In this document: piece by piece, positions 36,853 through 49,200 of the stretch
Layout: every line of letters begins with the position of its first letter
Numbering within the stretch: position 1 is the first letter of the stretch
Assembly: GCF_910592395.1 (NCBI RefSeq)
Contig: NC_088309.1
Location: 22,705,923-22,769,922 of the forward strand
Direction of reading: 5' to 3'
Source of the DNA: Lineus longissimus
Taxonomy: Eukaryota
Length of the DNA: 64,000 bases
Made by a program: the position numbers and the translations under genes
The notes under the pieces: generated by a model
What the model was told of the DNA's origin: nothing
What the model saw: only the letters and a program-made list of their open reading frames with translations
Database searches by the model: none

Positions 36853-38621
36853 CTGGAACAGAGATTTTGGTTCGTGATTTTGACAGATTCAAATGTTATG
36901 ACACTAAATAAGGGTGGCGGTGGCTCGAAATAGGTCTCATCCAAGATATCTCATCGAAAATCATATTTTAAAAAAGGTGTTTTCATCTTGCCGTCCTAGT
37001 CGCCAACCAATCTTCATTCACAAAAGAAGAACTAGTACATGGAAGAATGAGAACTTCAAAAGTAAAATATTTGCAATTTTGTAAAATTCAAACTGTCCTC
37101 AATTGAATGACACTTGAACATGTAATGTCTGAGAAAAACCAACATAGTTAGAGATGTTTTCTCAGTCATAAACCATCTAACTGGGAAAATTTTTCTATCA
37201 CATCAAATCTAAATGCTGGGAGAGTTTATGTTGCAATGTGCGTACTGGTACTTGTACATATACTTGTACTTGTACATATGTTTGCATGAGAACTTAAGGG
37301 TTAGCTTTGCAGTGCTTTTATACTATACCCATCATTAGGGATCATCTCACTTAGAAATGTCCCAATAAGGAAATATAAAACAGACAATTGTGCATTTCAA
37401 GCATGTCAGTCATGCTAAATGTCCAAGATAGTAAACATCGCATGACCAAACAAATCGACTATCTGCACGATCTTCAAAATAATACCTACTCAAAACTTGA
37501 AAATCGTGGCGAAGCTCTCCATGAAAACAATATTCACATGTAAATATCGAAAATGCAATGATAACCCATCACGATTCCCGAGAATCAGAATTCGATAAAA
37601 ATGATTTTTAACCTAGTACATCAAAACATGAGCACCTTTATCTAAGAAGTACACATTGTCTCATGTCTAGTGTATTTTTACTGCAGGCTTTTCTTTACCA
37701 AGGTTGTTTCTCCACAGAAAATGCACTTTTTCGCCAGATGTCAAATCATTCAATTGATCCTTCCAACAACAAAGAATTCCAAAGAGCAAGCATGACAAGA
37801 ACCAAACATGGGGTTGACTGAGGTTGATTGGCCCTTGACCAAGTATCACAAATGTTCTTGCTTACTGTTGCATTCTGAAGGGTCCTTCAGGGGTTCACAA
37901 TGTGTTCAATGTACACATTATTCCCACGTTTCGTTTGAGCCAAGCAAAAAGACTATACCCAATAGCACCCCGGACATTTTCTGAAATTTGTTCATGGAGA
38001 TTTGTTTTTCATGTTTCATTTATTCCATAGCAAGGAACCACAAAAATAAGATGAGGGATGACATTCTCTGCGGTTTTTAACCTCTGTCAACATTCTCATA
38101 GATAAGTTTACCACAGGGATGTTGTTTGTATCATTTACCAAAACAGAATAGAGATAATGTGCATGCAGGTACTTGGCAAAACAGGGAGCTGGTTAAATAT
38201 GGAGTAGTAAAAGACAGGATACCATCAACCACAATGACATACAAATATCCAAGGTTGGTTATTCATTCAAAGCATCAAAGTCAGTTTGTGATAGAACAAA
38301 GACTGCAGAAGCAAGAGCTACTTTAAAAGCATACTTGCCAACTATCCTTATGATCACTGCCGCCAAGGAAAGTACAAAAAAGCAAGAGGTATGACTGAAC
38401 ACACCTTTTGGTACATCAAATTCACCAGAGCAGAGGGATAGTTACACCACATTCGAAAGGACAGAAGCAGAAATGAAAGAGCGAAATGATAGATGACAGA
38501 ACAACATACTGAGCAAAAGAATGAAAAGTGGAAAATGTAAAATGTGAGAACTAAAGGGCAAAGTGATTGTGAGGTCATAACTACATACAGGATATAGAAA
38601 AGTATTTTCTATTTTACTTAC

Positions 38622-38783
38622 ATCATACATGTCACCTGCAAATTCCTGCCCACAAAAATCGCACAACCTCCGTCGATGACTACATGTAAATTCAAGATGG
38701 TCGTCAATGCATATCCTGGCGACCAATGTCGAGCAATCGTTGGGACAGGGGATGGGGTTGTAGGCACAGACCTCTAAGTGGGC
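38622..38783 (-). CDS. TRAF4: TRAF4 exon 4, TRAF zinc finger (AHLEVCAYNPIPCPNDCSTLVARICIDDHLEFTCSHRRRLCDFCGQEFAGDMYD).
   Basis: Matches human GHLNTCSFNVIPCPNRCPMKLSRRDLPAHLQHDCPKRRLKCEFCGCDFSGEAYE. Acceptor ctctccag| and donor GAT|gtaagt. Confidence 0.9.
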
Positions 38784-39656
38784 CTGGAGAGCAATGATAA
38801 ACAACAGTTAGAATGAACGGGTCGATAATACCAGCTGGGGCCAATAGGCGGGGCTAGAGGACCGATGACATACTCAAGTGGTATGTTTCAATTTACAGTT
38901 ACTACAAAAACATGTAAATATCGCAGCACATCAGACTTCACAACCTTTGTCTGTACAAGGTCACCATCTTTCAGGGATTTACTTTACTTTATCATATGGA
39001 TAATCTTGATAAATCTTTGCCTTTATCTATGAACTGCTTGTTTTACAACTAAAATGATGCAGATTTAGACCACGGAATTCATTGACCCTGCAAGAATCGA
39101 ATATCGGCAAATTGTATCAATCCTTTTACACTATAACTGACCATGTGTGTGTATGGCCATCATTCAGGTTGTGAAAGAGTTGTCCTGGCAACGAGGAATT
39201 GTTTACATCATCACCATGGATACCATACCTCATGGACACTTATGCAGATGTGACAAGAAAGACAAAGACATATGATAGCTTCACCAAGATTGTAAAGTTT
39301 CTTGAACGAGCTGAAGACTGCCCACTCGATTCAAATCAACATGAAGCAGTTTTGATGAAAGACAGCGAGAGACAATTTCTAACACACAGCATGCCGATTT
39401 TTTGTCAGAGAGTGTTGGTAAAGAGGGTGTTTTCAGACCATGCAATGTTCACTGATGAAAGATCGGCATGACATTCAGCAGCACAGAAACCTCGCAAAAG
39501 CCATTAATTAGGGAATAGGCTAGTTTCTGTGCTGCTGAGTGTCATGCTGATCTATCGTCAGTGTACATTTGGTAATTAAGCCCAGGCCACAACGCCTTTA
39601 CGATGACAATGAAGACGATGATGAGAAACACTCATCAGACTTGATTTCTTAGTTAC

Positions 39657-39761
39657 CTTAAGATTTGAGAGCCTGTCTGTCCATTTACACCCTTCGATGT
39701 GATAGTGGCATCTGACCATGGATGCTTGGATCTCTTCCTGAAGCTCTTTGTCGGGGTATAT
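39657..39761 (-). CDS. TRAF4: TRAF4 exon 3 (IYPDKELQEEIQASMVRCHYHIEGCKWTDRLSNLK).
   Basis: Matches human IYPDPELEVQVLGLPIRCIHSEEGCRWSGQLRHLQ. Acceptor ttctag| and donor AAG|gtaact. Confidence 0.9.
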
Positions 39762-40295
39762 CTAGAAGTAAACAAGGACAATGTGAAATCATCTGTAGCT
39801 TCCTTTTAAGAAAAGCTTCTTGTAGGACATTCGAAGGGCAGACTACCGGTAGTTCTTGCCACAATTTTAATGGGTTTTGCTCAATAACTGTTGTAGGAAG
39901 GATTACCAGAGTTGCCATGAAGTGAAACAAAACAATGGCCAATAACAACAATATCAGATCAATGATGCACTTTTGATTTGATTGAAAACCACTTCAAATA
40001 AGTTCAATAACTGCCTGTTTAGATTTTGATATGGCCTCGTGACCAAGATACACCACCTGGCCAGCCTACCCACTTATGATTAGGAAATATTGCGTCAATA
40101 GCAATGATTATCAAGTACTAAGATATTCTATCACCAAAACAAAGTGAAATAGCCTTTGGCATTCTCCTGAATGATTTACAGTTTTCAGTAGTCAGTCTAT
40201 AAACTATATTCATGACGCAATAAAAGGTCAATTATTCAGTCAGCAGAACATGAAATGCCCTCCGACAATGCTGACTACTGTTGGACATCAATTAC

Positions 40296-40347
40296 CTTTG
40301 CATAGTCAAGAGGAGTATTGTCTTCAGGACACTGAAATACCCCTTCA
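40296..40347 (-). CDS. TRAF4: TRAF4 exon 2 ((S)EGVFQCPEDNTPLDYAK).
   Basis: Matches human SEGVFKCPEDQLPLDYAK. Acceptor ctttacag| and donor AAG|gtaatt. Phase 2 in, phase 0 out. Confidence 0.9.
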
Positions 40348-40535
40348 CTGTAAAGAGACAAACAGAAAAATACAATTAGAAATTTTCAAACTATGATATA
40401 TTGCATTGACATTCATAATTAAATAGATTTCTACAGTCTGGCTGAAAGAAATAATGAACAATGTTGATCACTTTTGGCATTTTCTTGACCAACAGTTAAC
40501 ACATTGCCAAGTGTCAAGCACTGGCATATAGCCCC

Positions 40536-40560
40536 CCCTCCCCCCCCCCCCCCCCCAGCA
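40536..40560. repeat. Poly(C) homopolymer tract (~25 nt) in TRAF4 intron 1.
   Basis: cccccccctcccccccccccccccc. Confidence 0.8.
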
Positions 40561-42644
40561 TCACAAATTGAATTTCGAATCAAGGGTGAGGCAACTTGGT
40601 GGATGCATCTAGTGTATCACAGTGTCATTGTCCTCCTGCACTGGAGATTAAACTACTTGTCATGGCAACCACAGTGTCACATCCACAAGGAAACAAAGTA
40701 TCAGAAATGCGTTGAACTTGATATTTCAAAGGAAGTTGTCAATTATCCTCGAAAACTAATCCACCATGGTGGTGTTACTAAGTTTCAAATTGAATTCTTT
40801 AGAACTAATCACCATAATCATCTTAATAATGTGAAATGATCCCTTTGCATTTAGGGACATAATGTTCAGTCCATTCAAAAGCTGAACTCTAAATTTTCAA
40901 ATTTACAATGGACCGTATAGACTGAGAGTCCAATCACCAAAGGTTTACAACACCCTGTCTTTATGTTTTTACTCAGTGATCACAGATGGGTGCCAAAAGA
41001 GAAGAAAACCTGACAAAACGGTGAGAAGTTTTGATTAAAGTTGGACAAAAAGGATATGAAAGCAATTGATTGAATACAACGGTTCATGACAGGGTCACAC
41101 TTTGTTCCATCATGCAAGGACCATTCTACTCCAGGGCAAACAGGGGGAAACTTGCCGTGATAGGTCCAATCAGGCAGAACAGATTATCACATAGATAAAA
41201 GCTTCACTATTTTGGTTCCAGACTTAACCTTTCTTCCTGTGTTTTCATGTAGGGCCTACTTGAGTTAGCTGCTGCCTCTATTGTCCTAAAAGAAGGGATG
41301 ACCCACTAACTTTGAGACTTCAATATAAAGCCAACTTGAAACATCGGAATTGCAATATAATCACTCTCTTTATAAAACTGTCATATCATAATAAGTTTTG
41401 GAGTGTGTCATTGTTTGTGACCTGTGTGGGATGAATTTTGGGGTAAAATTTGAATAATGGATGAAATATCTAGCTGCAATTACTTCTTTAATACCTCAAA
41501 GTTGATATCCATTGCCCTAATTCAAATTACTCCATTTAAATTTGCATGAAAGACAGGATGTATGCTGCTTGTGGACAACAAGAATGATGTGTTTCCAAAC
41601 TGTCAATGGAATTGAGATCAAACCAATAAAATATGACTTTTACAAATAAACAACCCGAGAATGATAAAGGAAATATGGTTTAATTGAAATCTACACAATG
41701 TCATGTGGGACTGGACCATTTCGGTGACCTTTTCACCTGCTGAGAGGACAACTAGATCAGATGGAGATCAAATATTTGAAGCAAAGATCTCATTGTTTTC
41801 TACAAACCTGGATATTTCACAGAGAAGAAAAATATAGGTCAATGACGAAATTGAAGGATTTATGATCGTCATTATAAACTTTAGGCAGGACATGTTTATC
41901 CCAATGATGACCATGCTGTTGACGTCAATGCGGCCCCTGGACTATAGGCCACCATGCGATCAGGCACCTGATAGTTGATGATAAATTGTGATCCAAAAGT
42001 GGGTCCAACCTGGTTATCATAATGTCAATCGATTAGCAATTTAAATTTTCTGGATTAGAAAGATTACTAAGATAATTGATATCTAAAGCTTTTGAACCTA
42101 AAATATTCAGGTTTGCCGTCAGACTGAGAACAGGTTGCGCATAAGTTCGGCAGGCGCCCAAGTAGGCCAAGGCAATATTTTTAACGGGTCCACAACATGA
42201 GAGGTTTTCCTTATCTTTTACTTGATTTCTGGTTAGAAAATGAAACTAAACATACAACTACGTGTACTGTAAACCCCAGAAAAAGAAAGGAAAGGACACA
42301 TGGAATAATAAAACTGTATATCAATTCATGGCTTGTGACTTAAATAAAGAACAAGCAGCTGGCACCGTACACTTGAAAACTTCAAGAGCATATCGTGAAA
42401 TTTTACGAGAATTCAGGCATACATGTGCATGCAATTAGACTGCCAACACATGGCAAGCGTATGCTGTTCAGTATGTACCAAGGCTGGAAATTGATGTCTG
42501 TGGTGAAGAGCAATGTTAAAGGAGAAAAGACTCTCTATATATATATACTACCACAAACCTCATTTTCGATATATATATTCGGTTTTAGAGGTGGCCTCTA
42601 CGTGCCAACCAGTTACAATGATGTAATTCATCTACAACTGCATG

Positions 42645-42832
42645 ACTGCCCTAAGGCCGAAGTTACATAGACCTCATTCGTTCATTTCCCAGGACTCATT
42701 TTCCCCTTTTGCTTTCGTTCCCCTGTAAAAGAACGGCCTTGTGGCGTGCATTCACCGAGGAATGAAAGAAAAACCCGGAAAGTGACTCGTGGTAAATGAA
42801 CGAATGAGGTCTATGTAACTTCGGCCTAAAGA
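42645..42832. mobile_element. MITE-like element with perfect ~36-bp terminal inverted repeats (GGCCGAAGTTACATAGACCTCATTCGTTCATTT) flanked by TAA.
   Basis: 42648-42684 is the reverse complement of 42793-42829. Flanks read ...ccctaa|ggccgaag...cttcggcc|taaag. A TAA/TA target-site duplication suggests a PIF/Harbinger or Tc1/mariner class. Confidence 0.55.
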
Positions 42833-45800
42833 CCACCACATGCCAAACCTCCAGCGTATGTCATCTTTTTTATCATTCAGAGGAACAATTTATTTTTAAA
42901 TTTGTCAAGAACCTTTCCAAAAACTCAAAACAATACTGTCACCACTAATCAACAATTCGGTCGTTGTTAGAGGTGACGTGTTTGTTTCATGTTCGTAGCA
43001 GGTCACTTACGTGGTTGAATCCAATGAATAATGCACAAACTATGTACAAATATCTTTCAGATATTGATCTATGAATACACGATTGATTGATTGATACATG
43101 TCCTGAAGGTACAGATATGGCGTAGTTGATATGCCCTCCTTAACCCCTTTCACAATTGTTTGTTCTTGCCTAGCTGGCACCAGCCTGATCTCTCGACTCC
43201 TGAATTCTGATTCATGGACTCTTTTTCTGGTTCTCAACTGCTCTAAATAGTTTATACTGTGTTTGATATTCAGGTCCTTGACCATCTTGATCTGTATTCC
43301 CTTTCTATATATACGATATCAGTAAAACCAACCATAGGGAGCCTGCATGGATACTTCTTGCCATCCTCCTCGACTATCAATTTATCCCGATTCTTTAGTG
43401 ATCACACTTCATCAAAACCAATTTGTCAAATATTGATTAAAAATCTCTCAGATTCTAGTGTCAAGTAAAGTTCACAGAGATGATATTGATGAAGACATCG
43501 AAGTGCCACAAACTGAACAAATACGTATGAAATGAGCAAGTCATCTGAATCGAAGAGACAATGGGGAGGAACTGGGGAGATAGCTTAATTGTCACGCTAT
43601 AAACCACACAACAGCGTATCAGGTGGACCCTTCCTGACACTGCCCATGTACAAACAAAAGGATGCCATGAGGTGTATTACTCTGATGGTTTGCAGACTCT
43701 AATCACGTAAAATTGACCATTGTGTAGGATCTGGCAATCCTGCATGCTGTTTTCAGGATTGACATAGATTCAGCTTGGAAATAAGTGTTATACATGCACA
43801 TTGATTTACAATAATTTAGGGTGCATCTTTGTTAATACTGGACTGTCCGAATGGTGCATGCTGTGTTTCTTCCAGCCATTGAGTATTCAGCTCTTGGTCA
43901 GTAGATTCTGGTTGTTAATTTCAACATAAACCCACAACGGTAGCCAACAGCATTTCAAAAACTAATAAATTTTATTACTGGGAGGGCTACTAATATGTAT
44001 CATGAACATGATTTTTGATAAAATGCACTTTTGATAGAGTGCTGCTGAGAATCTGTCAGCTGTGTGTGTACACTGATAATAATTATCTATAACTAAAATG
44101 CAATCACCCAAAGCTAATCAATCTAATTATTGATTTTAGCCATCAACCTGACCATGATGTACAAAGAAATCATCATTACACTCTAAATGGAAAAACATTG
44201 GAAAGGAAAAACATCAAAAATACAAATTGAAGGGAGATGCATCAGATTGTCAAAGAATACAACACAGATCAAGAGAACATCATTTTTACACCGAGTACCC
44301 CCAAGGGCATATACTGCCCCATATTTGTCAGCTGAGCACACACTATCATAAAAAGATGAAAATAATGGAACTGCTAAGGAAATATCTAAAGAACTGAAAC
44401 TAAACCAATTTGTCTCTTTATATTGGCTATGAATGGATGGCTGTATTCATAAGCAGTCTTTTTTCTATGTTATTGACTGATTCTGGCATTGCTTTGTGAA
44501 CTGAGTGAAAATAATTGGTTACAACATGCAGTATCCAATATGATAAAAGCACCCCACTATATGGATCCTGTGACCGCTTGTTCCAAGTATCAATGGTGCA
44601 GAATCGAAAACCATTCCACTGACGTCCATGGAGGCTCAAGCTGAGCAATTGCCATCAACATAACATGTGATGAAAACCAGACGGTTTACAAAGAGCGCAC
44701 ATGAATTGTGAGAGGGAGCTAGCCCTGGCAGCCTTATTAGGCTTAAAATTATTGAAACATTAACGTTTTCATTTTGGCCCCATATCCCCCTTCCAAAATA
44801 TGCAAGCAGAAAATGCTGCGTTGCTGGCGATATTCTTCATAATCAATACCTCTGTTAGGTTTTTCACGATGGTCACCAAGCAAAATCATGCTTCGTCTAT
44901 TTTCAGCACAACGCTGATGATGAGAGACAATGTTATCATCAGAAGCAGACCCATAGGTGCTCACAAATTTAAGGATCAATCATACAGTTGGTCATAATTG
45001 AATAGTCGTTAAAGGAATGTATGGTGAGAAGTGTGCAAGGAGGATAATGTACCTGATGATTACTGGTCATTGCCATACACAAACAGTTGTCTCTGGCTAT
45101 GATGTGCAGAATGCAGCTTCAAAGATGCCTGGAAAAATTGACTGAACCAAGATCCCCTATCATTCCCTTCTTGAGCACACAGGTGAAGGTTCTCATTGTG
45201 TATCAAACTTACGTGTTAGTAAGCTACCTGGATGAGTCACTAATTGCCACCCCGCACTGATTCCCGCTGTTTGACCTGAAGGCACAGACCATCACACTAA
45301 AACAGGAAAAGATGCCAATAACCAGATACTTATTAAATCAAGTCACACGACTGCTACTGCTAGCACTGAATCTGCTGAGAAGACCCAAGGACACATGAAG
45401 TAAAATCATTATCAGGACAAGTTACATGTCATCAACACATGGTGGCTTATACAACAGATGACAACATGACAATCAGTTCATCCCATTGATTTGGTGATCA
45501 AAAAGACTCGGCCCGGCCAGCTGTGGGATTAAATGACATTATAGAGCATCCCCTGAAAGGTCACCAGCTGTGAGCAATAACATCGCTAAAACATTCAGAA
45601 CACCAATATTTCAATACAAGATATATTTTTCAAATCGAATATGTCAATATGCCAAATTAGAAGCCAACATATAGGATACAAGGACATTTTCGAATCAGAT
45701 TCTTCAATAGTTTTGTATCACATCTTCAAAGAAATTGTCACATGAGTATCAACGGAAGATCTTGTAAAAACAAAGACAAAACTATCGACACATCTTACCT

Positions 45801-45929
45801 ATTGGCAATCCTTGGTCCATTGATTTCAGGAATGATCACGAAGTTGCTACCATTGTGATCAGGGAACTGGAACACCAGACACTTAATCGGCATAGCGCGA
45901 GGAAGCATCTTGTGTTTCTTGCGGTATTC

Positions 45930-46200
45930 ACTTCGTCTGTGCTGAGCATTGTTGAGACTTTTCTGCACATTGTTGCAACTTTTCTGAACACTGCTGACAC
46001 TTTGCTGTGTATTGCTGACACCTTGCTGTGTGATGCTGACACTCTGTTGTGCACTGCTGACACTTAGCTGTGCATTGCTGACACCTTGCTGTGCAATGCT
46101 GACACCTTGCCATGCATTGCTGACACCTTGCCCTGCACTTCTGTCGACTCCTTGTTGAGCATTGCTGACACTATGCCATACGTGGCTGACAGCAGATGAT
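45930..46200. repeat. 21-bp minisatellite (~13 copies of tgctgacaccttgctgtgcaa and variants) in TRAF4 intron 1.
   Basis: Tandem units are visible. They give spurious repeat-driven ORFs in several frames (45795..46235-, 45855..46067+, 45928..46113-). Confidence 0.8.
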
Positions 46201-49200
46201 GGAAAATCCAGGTTACTCATCGTCATGGTAATCAAATGCTGCAGGACATTGAATATTTTAACAAAATAATGCTTTTGTCATTATGAAGCAAAATCAAAAT
46301 TGCCTGAGGCTCGGTGAGTAACCATCAATGATTGCTGCATAACATCCATTGTTGCAGATAACTAATGAGCAGAAAGTCAAACAAAAGTTGTCAGAAGTAA
46401 GCCACCGCAATTTTGCATTATATCCTTGAGAAGCCTCTGTGATGAATATCTATGAAGCAAGGATTCATAAAGTCTCAAAATCCTTGGATGTTTTGACTGA
46501 TTACCACTGTCCTTCAATTGTGATCACAAAGCAGTTCAGCGAAATAACCTGCGAGTCCTCCGTTAGAGGTGACAGAAAGCCACATATCAAGACATCCTCA
46601 TTTACCCATAATTCCAGGATCATATTCACATTCAAGCTGAACAAAAGCAGGCTAATTGATCAGAGAAATGCATCTACTTTGACAAACAGACTGCATTCGT
46701 CTGAACCCTCCAATAATGAATATCAACATTGCTTGGTTAAAAGCTGTATCTTTTATATATTCCCCGGCATGCAGGTTGTGCCGGTAAATCCCAGATGTGC
46801 TCTGTCGAGAGCGTCATGAAAAACTGTATCGAAAAAATTTTTACATTACAAAGCCTTTGCAAGTCATGCATGCATAATATCTAAAACATGACTATATGGG
46901 TCACGAATGAATGAACGAAAAGATCCACTATTGACAATCCTCTGTACCACAAGCTGTCTCCAAATAAGATCTAGCTGAGTTAACTGGTCTCTCTGTAGAT
47001 CCTGTGCAACAGGTTGTGCACCACAAAGCATGCAAAACCAAGAGACCAATAGCGGCAACCACACCAAAGTCACATATCAAGGGAGTGTTCAATATTGACT
47101 TATCCTCGCAAAGCATACATTTGCGGATAACTTTTCCTGGAAGCGCACCACACACAAAGTGAGGACAGTCTGGGACTTAAATCTTCAGGCAAGTCACATA
47201 CAGCAGCATCTCATATTTCAAGGAATCCACACAGCGATGAAATATGAACATTTTATATTGAAGAAGCACAAATCCTTAGGTATACTTGTCTTGAAGTAAA
47301 CGGATAACTCAACAAATCGGGACTTACGATAAAACGTTGCACCTTTCTTTGAATATGGAACGCTTTGTCAAAGAAGCGATCCAAATTTGACTGAAAAGTA
47401 TTTGCAAGATCATTCAGAATGATCTGCAATGGTCCCATCCTAATTCTCACCACAGGTTTACTCCACGAGTAATCCCAAGCACTGTTCGTGAGCTCATCAG
47501 GTCAAAGGAAGGTATAATCCTTAGTTCCTAGGATGGTGAAGAGATACCAAGAGCTGACGTAGTTTTTGCGATGTGGACAATCTTCAGCTGTAACCAAATG
47601 CTATGATGCTGGTCCCTCTATGTTCACTCACAGCTACAATAGTCCCTACCGAATGATGCTGAGCCACATCTGCGGCCGCCTGCAATCACAACCTGAGGTC
47701 AATGCAAATCCTAAACACTCCAATCTCTTCTCTTCTTTGACATGAGGGCACATCGATCGAGAAACATTGCATCAATAAATACCAATTACAGCAAAATAAA
47801 GCTTCTAAACAAGTCAATTGGGGGTGTGGCAATCTCGGCACGAGACTGCTTTGATCACCAGATTATTTTTCCCATTTCATCCACATCTTCATTCTTCAGT
47901 GTTTAATGAGCATGTTCTGATTTGCCTGATGAATGCATACTAACCATCTGCCTGGATCGACCAAGAGAGACAACAATAGGAGCGTTAATGACACAATGAA
48001 AGTGTTTCAGAAACTGGCAAGACAGGCAGCTATGCAAATGTATGTTCCGTTCATATGTCACAATTAAGATACCATCCATCCCTGCCTCTGAATACACAAG
48101 AAGTTCAGAAGGCAGTCCTATAGAATGTCAGTTTTATCATAAACTGCAGTTGGCATTTTATCAGCAAGCACAGCAGTAATGACAAACTTATTGATCAAAG
48201 AAGCGTCAAATCATTTCAGAAAGCCATCACACCGATATGTGCACCAGACCGAGGATTATCAAACAGGTTCAGAGTTCCAAAGCATCAAAACACCTATCAC
48301 TCTGACATGAAAAAGTAGGGACACTAAAAGACGCTGTCCTGACAATAGAAGACGCTGTCAGGACAATGAGTATTGCCATAAGACGCTTACGTTTATTCAG
48401 ACACTGACCTGCCACTTCCTGTTCAAATTGTTCAAATACAAAACTTTACACTTACCTCTTTTTAATGGCTTGCAGTGCAATGAGAAAACGATCCTCCTCA
48501 GCATTCTTCACTTGATAGACGAAGCACAACATCGGGGCATCGGGTTCCGGTCTTTTCACCACGATACTTCCACTACTACATTCGCTCATTGTCCTGGGAA
48601 AATAAGTACCGATCCCTACCCACGTTGATGGAAGTTTAGATACGGGAGCTCATTGAAGCCGAGATGTAAAAGCAATCATTCCCATTCAAATTCACATGTT
48701 ACAAGAAGATAGTTTGACCAAGAACTGCAGGAAGCGTCCATCGAAAGACCCTACACCATACATACATCAGAATACAAAATTCCATTAATAAACCTGTATG
48801 GCTGTGACCGAAATTGTTTTATTTTACTGACGTCTGGATCTGTTGGACTCGTCATTTTTGGACAGATCACTGGTTTCGAAGATACAATTGCATTTTAGCC
48901 CAAATCATTATGGAACAGCGAGGGATTTTCTGCCAAAATCAATTGGGAATAAAATTATGCCCCATATCAAAGATTTTACTCTGAAATAGTCTATCCGAAG
49001 GAGATTTCCCAACTGACAGTGGGGGTTTGCACAAGCCAGACACAGGACAAACAGATTGACAGGCCTCCCCCAGGCTATACCATGTTCCTTCATCAGTTAT
49101 AGATATGGCAGCAAAGAGATTGAACTTTAATTGGTACGCCAAACAGCGGCATTGTTCTGCACCAATAAAATCTATCAGAAATGAATGTAACTTTTTATGA

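Noticed and set aside
45795-46235. 146-aa ORF with (QQGVSNA)n-like repeats, and overlapping ORFs in other frames
   Set aside because: Produced by the 21-bp minisatellite being open in multiple frames. It is intronic to TRAF4.
47253-47453. 66-aa minus-strand ORF (MGPLQIILNDLANTFQSNLDRFFDKAF...) in TRAF4 intron 1
   Set aside because: No recognisable domain, no splice-site or frame continuity with the TRAF4 exons, and a single isolated ORF. It cannot be supported as a nested gene from sequence alone.
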